Source of the DNA: Octopus sinensis
Taxonomy: Eukaryota
DNA length: 64,000 bases
Reading direction: 5' to 3'
NCBI RefSeq assembly: GCF_006345805.1
Contig: NC_043003.1
Span: forward strand, 18,848,001 to 18,912,000
Position numbers and translations under genes: made by a program. This document shows positions 27,183-39,594 of this stretch, piece after piece; positions within the stretch are counted from its first letter, which is position 1; each line of letters begins with the position of its first letter. Under the pieces are notes generated by a model. The model did not search any database. It had not been told where the DNA came from and saw only the letters and a list, made by a program, of their open reading frames with translations.

Positions 27183-29143
27183 CTTGCAACAGTTTCTGCT
27201 TTTCAAAAGTAGGAAGCTGTGTCACACCTGTATTCACTAAATGCATCCACCTCTCCTCCTTTCATTGTCACACTCTCTGGAACTTACAGAGGTTCAGCTT
27301 AAATTACATTAAACTCACCAGTCTGAAAAGCCCCCACCCCCCTTTGATAAGTTCTGGACACTGCTCTGTCTTCCTTTAACCAAGTAATAAATGAATTAAA
27401 AAAAGAACAAACAAGCTAGTTAATTGACATGATTAAACCAACACACTTTCCTACATGCACTGTTTCAGGGTATCTCATTCTAATAAAATTTGTTCTTTCA
27501 TTATTGGATAGATACTTGAGATTTACATTTTCATTGCACACAAAAGTATTTTATTTTCCTTCGTAACACATTCTGACCCTTATGGAAATGCATTGTTTTA
27601 TGAAGCATTTTCCTACCTAACAAAGATTCTGGTTTTATTTCATAAGATTATTTGTCACTGTATCACACAAAACAGCCACTTGAGGTGAATAATTACTGTT
27701 GGAACTCTTGAACTCTGGCATAATTCCACTTAGATTGAAATTCTATTTTTAAAAAAAAAATACCCAATTGTCTTATCTCTTCCAATTGTTATATGTTGCA
27801 TGGCCTTGATACTGGTACTTAGTGACTTGCTGGGTGTTGGAGTTAGAATAGAATATGCAAGTTTTTTTTATTGTTGCAATAATTGATCTGCATTACAAAT
27901 AGAGCAACATTTTGCAGTTGTTTAGTTCCATGTCTGCTCTGATGAAGCAGATTCGTGATCAGACCCTTTTTTTATCCCCCAGATATTGTACCAAAAACTA
28001 CAATATTCATTATGTCTTACCTTTTATTTAAGATGATAAGGTATGATTTGAGGAAGCTTTGGCTGCTATTTCTAACAGGTTGGAGGTTTCTTTATGTAAC
28101 ATGTAGAGGCTTCTTTATATTCATCCCTACCCCTCTTCTAATAATTTAAGACAAGCTAAAAACAGTTCATTCAGTTTTTTTTTTTTTTTCCTGTAGTATT
28201 ACTTTGTGAAATTTCATTACAAAGCTAGCATTCCACTAAAACTATCACAGAGAGCCAATATGTTAAACATTATATACAACCCTGCCGGAGATTTTCACTC
28301 AGTACCTAAGGAACACATAATAATTCAACCAAACACATTGTAAACACATACCATATGCAATTACTATCATCACCATTTTTACTACTTATCATGCTGGCAC
28401 GACTTAGTGAGTCTATTTCATAATAGTGTCTCTCCACTTGTGGTCCTTCATCATCTCTTTGTGAGGCTTAGCATCTTGAGATCATCCCCTACCGCTTCTA
28501 CTTGCATTTTCTTCTCACCTCTATTGTACAGCACTTTTTCACCCTGTCATTCTTTATACGTATTGCATTGTCCATACCATCTCAGCCTTCTATTTCGTAC
28601 TCTACATCTGATGCCTAATTTTTCTCTCAGCACACTTGTCACTTGTAGTCTGTTTAGTTATTCTTATACACTGATATTACACATACAGCAGAGGAGCTTA
28701 GTGAAGAGAGGAATAAAAGTTGGCAGTTGTTTGTTCCAGTAAGTACACAATACCTGTGCAAAATCTTCTTGTCCAATCATAAATATCTAAACACATTCAC
28801 ACATCATTTTAAAAACATTACCTCTCCTATCTGATCCAAGCAAACATTTGCTCATTTGTATAGCCGTAAATAGCAATAGCCATAGTAAGCTCAGTGCAAA
28901 TCACTACCAGTAAATCCCAAGATATTGAAACTATGCATTAATTGTTGAATAGTTTCCAGATGGGTTGCTGTTGATTTTGATCCCATGTCAGCCCTGATTG
29001 AACAGGTCTTTAATCAAATGTGCTCCAGATGTGATCATCCTGCGTTTTGGGTATCTAGTTCTTCACTGTGTAGTCACTAAGTGGTTAAGAAGTTCGCTTT
29101 GCAATCACGAGATCCCAGGTTTGATACCTCTGTGTAGCATCTT

Positions 29144-29441
29144 AAGTCCTTCACTTCCTATGAAACACAGACCATCAACAACTTTTCTAAACTCTAGGCT
29201 GTCTTTTCTGCTTCCTCTCCCTGATCTTGTTGGTATCTCATTGATATTTCTGTGTCTTTGCTTTATTTTCTTGGTAGGGATGTTGGCTTTATGCAAACTT
29301 ATTTTTACTTCTAGGAAGAAGTGGTCCATATTAGTCTAGCCTCCAGCCTTTGGACTGCTCAGCATGAGAGGTCCTTCCAGGAGCTTGCCTTCCACAAGGA
29401 CTGGACATTCCAGTCCTTGTGGAAGGCAAGCTCCTGGGTGA
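29144..29441 (-). mobile_element. LINE-like 3' fragment inserted in a SINE, with a perfect 29-bp foldback at its 5' junction
   Basis: The SINE head (29066-29143) resumes at ~29442. CATCTT occurs on both sides. The minus end reads FRKVVDGLCFIGSEGLK (RTE-like terminus). Confidence 0.55.
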
Positions 29442-30915
29442 CATCTTCGGTAATGTTGTATTCTATAGCCTTGGGTTGATCCATACCTTATGAATAGAAT
29501 TGGGTAGATGGAAACTGTTAGAAGCCTGCTGGTTGTATTATACTTGTAATTTAAAGAGGTACTACCTTGTCACATGGATTCTGCCTGAGATTTACGTTAA
29601 GGGTACACATGTCTGTGAAACGCTCAACCACCTACAGAATTACGTAATGACCAGGTAACTCTGTTCATTGAACAACTGAATCCTCAATGTCTAACAACAG
29701 AGATCCACCACCACATTGCCCAGTGTGTCCTTCCTTTTCTGAGATGGTAGACTGGGTTTGAAAACTATTTGATTTGTAATTCTTACTGGTTGAGTGACAG
29801 ATTAAAGGTTCCCTCATTTACTTTTAACACCAGCTGACTTCAGACTACCAGTAATTAAATGTTCGTATTCAAATTCTAATCAAAATATCATAGCATACAT
29901 AATAGCATGAAATTTCAGGTGGTCACCACTGACATAATAACAAACAATATTTAAAGTTACAAATATCTTACTAAAGCCTTCCCATTTATTATTGATCATA
30001 CTGAAAATTAATTGAAATGCCTAAGCTGTTTCCTCATGAGAAATTCAGTCATGATAGGGTTAAGGATGTGCAACTAAATGGTTACTAAGGTGTTGTAAAT
30101 ATCTTTGGCCAAATAGTTCTACATATGGTACTTACTATAAATGTCAATTGCCAACTGAAGTATTTACAGTCAGCATTTATGGCTAAATGATTGCCAATCA
30201 ATTTGTTCATTATAGCATTGAATTCTATTTCAGTGTTGCAGTGTCTTTATATAGACCATATAGCTCTAATTTCCCCAGTCTAGAAACTGTCCAGCATGAC
30301 AGTAAAAGTGATTGTATGTTTCCACGGATGAGTGAATAAGATGATAGCCTCATATATATATTTATATAAGCACACCTATGTCCTGTCTCTGGATACTGTA
30401 ACAAGATTGGTCAAATCTCTGGACAGTGGTACAGTGGCTGGCAGAACAAGTAGGAACAGAGAAAAACTTTGAATGAGCTGGAAAATAGCATATAGTTAGT
30501 TTGTTGATGTTAGTGCTTAGCCCTATGTTTATCCAACAGGCTTATGACCCAAAAGCAATCCGGTTGTGACCATCCCACATTTTTGTATATCTGGGGCTAC
30601 TTTGATCACTATTTATCCTAAATGCTCATACTTGTTTTCAGACTTGTAGTTAGCTCTTGTTTTATATATTCCAAGTAGTACAAAACTTTTCTTTTATAAA
30701 TCCCAAGTTACCCTGTGGGCTAAAAGAAAAATTGTGATTATGTAACATATATGATGCATGAATGCCCAGCAAATACCTCCTGTAAATCACATTTGATACA
30801 CAGAACTGGTAAGGAGTCAGAACTCTAGGAGGAATTTGGCTGTTTCCCTTGCATGTTGAACAACCACATAATAGCTTCCTGATTGACTCATGGCATCTAG
30901 TTTGTTAATTTACAT

Positions 30916-31551
30916 CAGTGGTTCTCAATCAGGGTCCACATGATCCTTTGGTGGTCCATAGAAGATTTTGTTGTTAAAAATTAGGTGCAATAAATTGGTT
31001 TTACTTCTAAAACACACAAAGCATTTTAACACTTTTTTAATACAATTCCTAATATTTTAATTATAAAAATATAACTCTTTTACTTGTTTCAGTCGTGACT
31101 GTGGCCATGCTGGAGCACCGCTTTTATTCGAGCAAATTGACCCCAGGACTTATTCTTTGTAAGCCTAGTACTTATTCTATCAGTCTCTTTTGCCGAACCG
31201 CTAAGTTACGGGGACGTAAACACACCAGCATCGCTTGTCAAGCGATGTTGGGGGACAAACACACACACACATAATACATATATATGACAGGCTTCTTTCA
31301 GTTTCTGTCTACCAAATCCACTCACAAGGCTTTGGTCGGCCTGAGACTATAGTAGAAGACACTTGCCCAAGGTGCCACGCATTGGAACTGAACCTGGAAC
31401 CATGTGGTTGGTAAGCAAGCTACTTACCACACAGCCACTCCTATGCCTATAATAGGATTTTTTAAACATAAAATAGCTATTAGGGTCCACCTGAGTAAAA
31501 TAGGAATCAGGAGGAGCCCATAGGTAACAAAATAATGGTTGAGAACCATTG
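30916..31551. mobile_element. hAT (Charlie-like) MITE with a nested family A SINE (31074-31448, minus)
   Basis: TIR CAGTGGTTCTCAA ... TTGAGAACCATTG; 8-bp TSD ATTTACAT/AGTTACAT (7/8). Confidence 0.85.
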
Positions 31552-31949
31552 AGTTACATTATTCTTAGAGGTTCTGTAAAGGATCACAGGTACTGCTCTT
31601 CTCCTCTACAAAAAAAATGAAGAATAGATATTTGCAGTTATTGAATTAAGAATAACAAAGATCAATGAGATTGAGAAGTTGATTATAAATAACTTCTTTC
31701 TTTTTCAGGAATAAAGTAAGATGTGATACTGCGATACTGCAAGTGTCAGAGGAATTTCTACATAAAAATTGTTTATTAATTCTTTTCTTTCTCTTTCACA
31801 AAGTTAAATTTAATCAAAGATTTGAATGTTTTGTCAGTGCTAAATCCATTAGGCACCACGAAGAAGGTATAAGAAATTTTGTCTTAACCAATATTTTTGC
31901 ACCAAATTCCCTTAAAATCCCTACCAAGAAATCATTTCTCCCTTTAGGG

Positions 31950-32248
31950 CAATGGTTCTCAAGCATTTTTACATATACACCCCTTTGATTACTGTTTTAC
32001 CTGGGTGGAGACCCCCCCCTATAACCATTTGATGTTTAAAAACCAGTTTTATAGATATTTCTGTTAAAATTCCCATTTTGTTATTCACTCATTCCTATAG
32101 GCTGAGCTATGTAAAATGTTAGAGAAAGAAACCTAGCTGCTTTCTTGCAATCCATTTTTCAATCAAAATGTTACATGGACCCTTAAAATACTACGATGGA
32201 TCTCCAATTTTCTATTTTGCTATTGTGGACCCCTGTTGAGAACCATTA
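31950..32248. mobile_element. hAT-like MITE
   Basis: TIR CAATGGTTCTCAA ... TTGAGAACCATTA; TSD CTTTAGGG/CTCTAGGG (7/8). Confidence 0.8.
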
Positions 32249-32316
32249 CTCTAGGGTCTCCTTACTCCCTAAATTCGTCAATATTTCAAATATTCCAAGT
32301 GTCATCATCATTGTTG

Positions 32317-32543
32317 TAACCCTTTCGTTACCGTATTTATTTTGAGATGCTTTGTGTTTCTTTCAATTACTTTAAATATAACAAAGAATTTAATAAAATA
32401 ACTTCGTTATCATTAAGGTAGTGTTAGGAATATAAATTGTGACTAAGGTTTGGTGGAAGATTTTAATTCGAAACTTACGAAAACAAGTCATTTGTACCCA
32501 AAACCGAAGCCGGTTTCAGCCGGGTTGGTAACGAAAGGATTAA
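32317..32543. mobile_element. piggyBac-like MITE (family E)
   Basis: TIR TAACCCTTTCGTTACC ... GGTAACGAAAGGATTAA. Same family at 49250-49397 (partial) and four copies in 59518-61123. Confidence 0.85.
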
Positions 32544-35146
32544 TGTTCACTTTTCTGTACTTGCATGGGTCAGACAGAATTTTCTCAAGGCAGATTTTTA
32601 CAGATCCTTCCAGTCACCAGCTCTCCTTTCCAAGCATAGTAATATTGCTCCATAACCAGACATATTTTCATGGAAGATTGGAAATGAATGATAGTAGTAC
32701 TTGTATGATTGTGATGCTCATTTACCATTTTCATGTGATATTGAGACATGGAGGTACATACACGGCTAGCTTATTTCAGTTTTTGTTTACCAAATCCATT
32801 CACAAGATTTTAGTCAGCCTGGAACTATAATAGGAGACACTTGCTCAAGATAGCATGCCGTGGGACTGAATCCAAAACCATGTGGTCGGAGAGAAAATTT
32901 CTCAATCATACAGTTGAATAATAAAATTATGAATATAGAATTTAACACAAAAGTTATTCAAAATTGTATTTGCATATAAGCCATTTGCAAGACTATGAGA
33001 CTTTCACCACCACGATAAGTTTTAACGAGCGTTATCATTTTGTCCCTGTTTGTGACAGACAGCTATCATGCAGAAAATGCACCACTTCCCATTCCTGTTT
33101 TCTGATTGGACTAAAATTGATCAAACTTTGAACCTATGTAACATTTTTCTAAATTTTGGTGGGAATAAATGAATCCTGAATTTAGATTCAGCATGAAAAA
33201 TTATATCAGTATCCTCAATTTGAAAATTTTTACTTAATTTTAAACTTTCCAAATCTTTGACAGCAACCAAAAAGATCTGGAAACATAGTCACAAAGTCTG
33301 CACTGGAGTGTTTCTTTACAGTGTTTTCACTTGGTGGGCTTGAAGCTTACCATCTGAAAGGTGCTCATGTACATTAACAATATAAGTAAAATGGATTTTT
33401 TTTTTATTTATGCGCCCTTTTCAAGCCTAGCCATTCTCATGGGCTCTGTTTCTGTAGCGTATGTGTTCCCGCTCAATAAACACACAACACCCGGTCTGGA
33501 AATTGAAACCACGATCCTCTGACCACAAGTCCGCTGCCCTAACCACTGAGCCATTGCGGCTCCACAAAAATGGATTTGCTTCATTCAAAAAGGCAAAGCA
33601 AGATTGTGAATTTTGCTGTTTGGAACTCAGTAAACACTTTTGGATTAAAAAGTACATTCATTGTTTATACAAAACAGGGACAACTGAAGCCATTGAGAGG
33701 AGCTTCCACATGTTACTTAGTCTGCTAGAAATAGTAAATTTTGCTCAAATCACACTTGCAGATCAATGCTTCATGGTTAAGAAATTTGCTTTGCAACCAC
33801 ATAGTTCAGTCCCACTGCATGCCAACTTGGACATGCATTTTCTACAATAGCTCCAATTCAAACAATATCTTGTGAATGAATAAATGAATTTGGCAGATGG
33901 GGAAACTGTTTAAAAGCCTGTCATATGTATATATGTGTGCATTTTTGTGTTTGTCTTTCACCACTTGACAACTGGTGTTTGTTTGTATTCCAGAAACTGA
34001 ACAGTTTGATAAAAAGAGACTGGCAGACTTTAAAAAAATTACTATGGGCATTGATTTAATGGGCTAAACCCCCTCTAAAGCAATACTTCAATATGGCCAC
34101 AGTCTGATGACAAACAAGTAAAAAGAGAAAAAAGGTAGTCAGAGCTGGAATGAATACCTTTTATTATAGATCTTCCCAATCAGGGCTGACCTGGTCTTAG
34201 CAGCAAATAAAAATACTTTCTACTTATTATGTGAATGGATCCGGCATGAGGTCAGTGTCATATAGTAGTACAATGTAAAAGCTACTGTTTGGATGGTCTT
34301 CTTAGAACACTCTGCCCAGTGTTGTAAGAAGACCATCCATTCTAATGACAGCAAAAGTTTGTAGAGAAGGACTGAGAGGAGGAACTAGTTGAAGAACAGA
34401 GTGCTTGAGTGTCTGCAGTGACTGCTGCTGAGTTATCATTAATACCATTGACTGTGTGTGTTTATAGAGCTGATGGGTGGGAGATCTGTCTGATCATAAG
34501 AACTTGAACATAAGTGTGTATGTATGTGTGTGTGTGGAGGTGGAGAACTATGGCAGGAAACTTGTTTAGATACACAAGATTAGCTTTTGTAATGAGTGCA
34601 GCAGAGATATATCAGAAATAAGTAGAAGAATTCACTACTCAAGTTAGTGGCTGAATACACCTTTTGGTGTAAGAACCAACCACTACTTGTTTGTGGTTTA
34701 ATAAGATTGTATTTAATTGGATTACTTCAGTTTTTTTTTTCTTTTTACTGGTTTTTGTCATTGGATTGCAGTCATTCAAAAACTTCAGTCAAACATATTG
34801 GCGCCTGTACGTCATTTGGTACTTATATTACCAACCTTGTAAGTGAAGACAGGCTAAGTCAGCCTCAGTGTAAACCAGTGGTTCCAACCCTGAAGTGCTT
34901 CCACCCACTGGTGGATGCAAGATTACAAGATACCATTTCAAGAGTTGTAATGAAGAGACAAAGTATATAGTTTATTAAAATCACTTTTTAGAATAAAATT
35001 ATTAACTCTCAAAAATATCTCTGTTCTATTAAGCACACCAAGAATTTAAAACTTCCTCAATACTATAAGAAGTTCATCATCATTGTTTTAATGCTCATGT
35101 GTCTATCCTTGCATGGGTCAGGCAGAACTCATTGCAACAGATTTTA

Positions 35147-35390
35147 TCATCATCATTTAGCGTCCGCTTTCCATGCTAGCATGGGTTGGACGGTTCAACT
35201 GGGGTCTGTAAAGCCAGAAGGCTGCATCAGGCCCAGTCTGATCTGGCAGTGTTTCTACGGCTGGATGCCCTTCCTAACGCCAACCACTCCGTGAGTGTAG
35301 TGGGTGCTTTTTACGTGCCAGACGGAGCTGGCAAACGGTCACGAACGGATGGTGCTTTTACGTGCCACCGGCACGGGGGCCAGGCGACAT
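35147..35390 (-). mobile_element. Family B (RTE 3' UTR) copy, CpG-rich and young
   Basis: CATCATCATTTAGCGTCCGCTTTCCATGCTAGCATGGGTTGGACGG...GGATGCCCTTCCTAACGCCAACC. Confidence 0.85.
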
Positions 35391-35502
35391 TCGAATACTC
35401 ATGCTGTCACTTGTTCCAAAGCAAGATGATAACTTTGATAGGTTTCAGCCAGTATAGGCCCAGGCCATGTCTAACTTAAAAGCACCACCTGGTAAGGATT
35501 AA

Positions 35503-35630
35503 AAGACATTTACAACACAACAACTACACTTCCCAAGCAGTCACCCATCTAAGTACTAGCTAGGATTGATGTTGCTTAACTTTGATGATTGGATGAGAAC
35601 TGGTGTTTTCAATGTGATATGGCTGTGGTA
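35503..35630 (-). pseudogene. 5S rRNA pseudogene
   Basis: Minus reads ACAGCCATATCACATTGAAAACACCAGTTCTCATCCAATCATCAAAGTTAAGCAACATCAATCCTAGCTAGTACTTAGATGGGTGACTGCTTGGGAA...TGTTGTAAATGTCTTTT. It is collinear with metazoan 5S (box A GTTAAGC, box C GATGGGTGAC) and all CpGs are lost. Confidence 0.9.
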
Positions 35631-36380
35631 GTTCTCTATTGGCCAGACATGTTTTCCATGGAAGATCAGAAATGAACGCCATCACTTGTAGGAGAGTGCT
35701 GTTCATTTACAGCCATCAGGTAATATAAATACAAGGGGACACCCACCCATATATATACCTACATGTGTATGTGTATTTATATGAGATGGTCTTTTTTCAG
35801 TTTCTGTTTAGGAAATCCACTCAAGAAGACTTTGGTTGACCCAGGGCTATAGTACAGTACTCTTGGCCAAGGCATCATGTGGTAAGACTGAACGAAACTC
35901 CACAAGGCTGGGATGCAAAGCTTATTAACCACACAGCCATGCCTGCCCCTGTTCAGTTTTAAAACAAATTGTTTGTTAGAAAATCTGACTTTTTCATTTG
36001 CAAAATGTAGAGGGTGTTAAACCATCACCGACACCATTCAAAGTAGGCTATAGTGGAATTTGAACTCGTAATGTGAAGAGAAAATGTTTGAACTACCACA
36101 AAGCCTTCAGTCCCATGGTCTTGCTGTGCGTACACACACATACCCACTTATATCAAAATTTGGGGAATAGAAACTGGAAGGAGTCTCTGTCATGTATTTG
36201 TTTGTGCTTCCTTTATAACAACTTATGCACACTAACTATAAATACATATCACAGTTGAGCAAGCAACGTTTGTTCGCAATCTTCTACAGATCTCTGTCTG
36301 GCCATTAAGCTGGTTGTTGTTCAAAAGACAAGGGGAAAATTACCTTAATTGGAAACAAGTGAGGTCAGCAGCAGGAAGAG

Positions 36381-36750
36381 CATCATCATCGTTTAACATC
36401 CGCTTTCCATGCTAGCATGGGTTGGACGGTCGACCTGGGTCTGGGGAGCCAGGAGGCTGCACCAGGCTCCAGTCTGATCTGGCAGAGTTTCTACAGCTGG
36501 ATCCCCTTCCTAATACCAACCACTCCGTGAGTGTAGTGGGTGCTTTTTACGTGCCACCAGCACAGGTGCCAGGGGAGGCTGGCAGCGACCACAATTGGTT
36601 GGTGCTTTTTACGTGCCACCGGCACAGAAGCCAGTCAAGGTGGCGCTGGCATCAGCCACGTTCGGATAGTGCTTTTTACGTGTCACCGGCACAGGTATCA
36701 CAGCTACAATTTCCATTTGAATTTTTATTTTGATGTTGATGTACTTGACT
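36381..36750 (-). mobile_element. Family B (RTE 3' UTR) copy with 3 minisatellite units
   Basis: Near-identical (reverse complement) to 44724-45100 and 47480-47840. Confidence 0.9.
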
Positions 36751-37291
36751 CATGTCGGCATGGAAAAGGGAATGTTAAATGATGATGTTGATAGATATCT
36801 GTGTACAGATGAACATATAATCTCTTCTTAAAGTGTTTCTGATTTATTAAAGTATGTCAAGAAAGACGTAAATGGATCATATGATCAGAGCATACATTTT
36901 TGGTATTGGTTAATAAGTGAGGTACATGGAAATTCAATTAGAAAAGAAGCAGCTATATCTTCATGAATATGAAAAAGTATATTTTTTTTAAACTAAAATC
37001 AGAAAAAGAACACAGTTGTAAGGTGTTTCAAGCTGACAGATAGTTAATGAACCTGAGAAAAATCAAGTTATCAGGAGCTGGCAGGTTTATATTATGTCAT
37101 AAGGCTGCACTTGCAGTGACACTGAAGAAGACAAAAACGTGTGGATGATTATGTATGGTAGTATGTAGATTAAGTTATATGAATATAACAAACAGTTATT
37201 AACTATCTTAGTCACATGGATGTCATCAAAGGAGCATCAGCGTGATTGTTTGACATACTAGAAACAACAGTCAAGTCTCCTTCAAATCACA

Positions 37292-37488
37292 TCATCATCA
37301 TTGTTCGACCATGGTCGAGACAATGAAATTTACCATGCTACGCCAGACTTCACGGTCCATCATAGCATTACGGAGGCCCTGTTGCTGGATGCCTGTATCC
37401 CTGGAGATTACATCAGGGTAGGAGAGTGTGTGCCCTCTGGTATTGCGAGTAGATGGCTTCCAGAGGAGAAGAGTAGAAATTGCCTCGT
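37292..37488 (-). mobile_element. Young 5'-truncated RTE/RTEX-like LINE end with TSD
   Basis: Stop-free minus frame EAISTLLLWKPSTRNTRGHTLSYPDVISRDTGIQQQGLRNAMMDREVWRSMVNFIVSTMVEQ*, (TGA)n tail, and 11-bp TSD TTCAAATCACA (37281-37291 / 37489-37499). Confidence 0.8.
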
Positions 37489-38824
37489 TTCAAATCACAC
37501 CCTACTCTCTTAATGGATAAGGTACTTTGTTTGTACACTGTGCTAAGAAAAAAAATAGATAGATTGTAACTGGAATGTTTTAATTATAAATTTGTCCAGT
37601 CAGGCTTGTCTTGGGGCTAAACAACATGAACACCACCGGATTTAATAGAAATTAGTAAAAACAAAATTTTCAAAATGGTTTATTAACTTCTGTAATAATC
37701 TCGGCTGCAGGAAGGAACTTGAGGAATGAGTAACGTGATTGCTAGTTATTACATTCAATTAATCACTTCATGCATTGAAATGGTTGTTTCTTTTAAAGAT
37801 CTGTTTGTGGTTTGGTATTTCGTGCTCTTTATTTTTTAACTAATACAAAAGCTGATGTAATATACAAAAACTAAAAGAAAAAAATATATAGAATTTAAAA
37901 TATTGAGAAAAGCGAAAATTTTAGAAAAATAAAAATAAGAAATAAGTGGAAATTTTACCGGTGAGTGTGTTACATTATAAGGCACAAAAAGAAAATGACT
38001 CCCCAGACACAACAGAATATGCTTCAACACACGAACTCATATAAAGAATCTAGCAAACCAAATCCCAAAACGAAATATATTGAATATAGTAAGGATCATA
38101 GTAAAGTTTTTTGAGAAGGAAAGTGTTGAAGTTGTTAGCATTCAACCTAAAGCTTCAAAACTAGAGGGATTGTATTGTTTGTCAGAACTAGAGATGCTGT
38201 ATCATTTGTGAAGGAGACATGAGTAATCTGTCACTGAAATTTGTGTTTGCTTCTATTATAATTCAGTTGAGGTGCATGGCTTAATGGTTAGGGTGTTGGA
38301 CTTGCGATTGTAAGATTGTGGTTTCAATTCCTGGACTGGGTGGTGTGTTGTGTTCTTGAGCAAAATGCTTCATTTCATGTTGCTCCAGTTCACTCAGCTG
38401 ATAAAAATGAGTAATCCTGTGATGGATTGGTGTCCTATCCAGGGAGGAGCATATACATGCCAGAGAAACTAGGAAACCAGCCCTATGCTCCTTATGGAAT
38501 TATGTGGACTAATCATCTATTATAATTCTGTTCACATTAAGAATATGTGTTGTAAGATTATAAATTACCTCCAGTGCTTGACTGGTATTTTATCTTATCA
38601 ATGCTGGAAGAATGTCATCAGAGTTTGACCTTGGTAGGATTTGAACTCAAAATATTAAAGGGTCACAACTAAATACTGCTAGACATCTTATCCAATGCTT
38701 TTAAATGATTCCTCTAACCCTTTATCTGATTTGATATTTACAAGCATTTAAAGACAGGACCTTAATATAGCAGCGATGGTTTAGTGTTCTGTTGATTGAC
38801 ATGATTGGAGTTGTGAGGTATAAA

Positions 38825-39170
38825 TCATCATCATTTAACGTCCATTGTCTATGCTGGCATGGGTTGGACAGTTTGACTGGGCTGTCCCAGAATCCAGTCT
38901 GATTTGGCATGGTTTTCTATTGCTAGATGCCCTTCCTAACACCAACCACTATGAGAGTGTAATGGGTGTTTTTACGTGTCACTGGCACAAGTGCCACTTG
39001 TGTGACACCATTATCTGCCACAACTGCAATTTTGCTCAGCTTGATGGGTCTTCTCAAGCACGACATAATGCCAGAGGTCTTGGTCATTGCCTCCATGAGG
39101 CCCAACACTTGAAAGGAACTCGGCCACCTCGCCTCTGTGAGGCCCAACACTCGAAAGGAACTCAGCCATC
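38825..39170 (-). mobile_element. Family B RTE 3' end
   Basis: Family B tail plus a duplicated LGLxEA ORF-end motif. Confidence 0.75.
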
Positions 39171-39377
39171 TTCACAAAAAATAGTTTCTAAAATGACATT
39201 CCACAAAACATAGATTGCTTTATAAAGTGGCCTTCCATACTTAAGGGTAATGAAATTTTGAGTGGATATATCCAATTTGCACAACACTAGGATTAAAATG
39301 TGTCTCCACCCTCAAAATTTCGAGCCTCGTACCTATGATAGAAAGGTTATATTCCAGAAATAGTTTAGTATAAAAAT

Positions 39378-39594
39378 TTAACCCTTTAGCATTTAAACCA
39401 GCCAAATATGGCAAAAATATTCTACCTATGTTCAAACCAGCCAGATCTGACCTCTCAGAGCTACCCTGCAACATCATTCTAAAAATAAGCAATCACATCA
39501 TCAAAATCTCAAAGCTATGAGGTAATATATGATTAATTCCAAACAAAGTGAATAAATATTATATATGACAGTAATCTTAGTGTTAAAAGGTTAA
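39378..39594. mobile_element. piggyBac-like MITE (family F)
   Basis: TTAACCCTTTAGCATT ... TGTTAAAAGGTTAA, TTAA flanks. Confidence 0.8.

Noticed and set aside
27930-27960. CTGATGA hammerhead-like core
   Set aside because: No downstream GAAA or stem III; part of a degenerate repeat tail.
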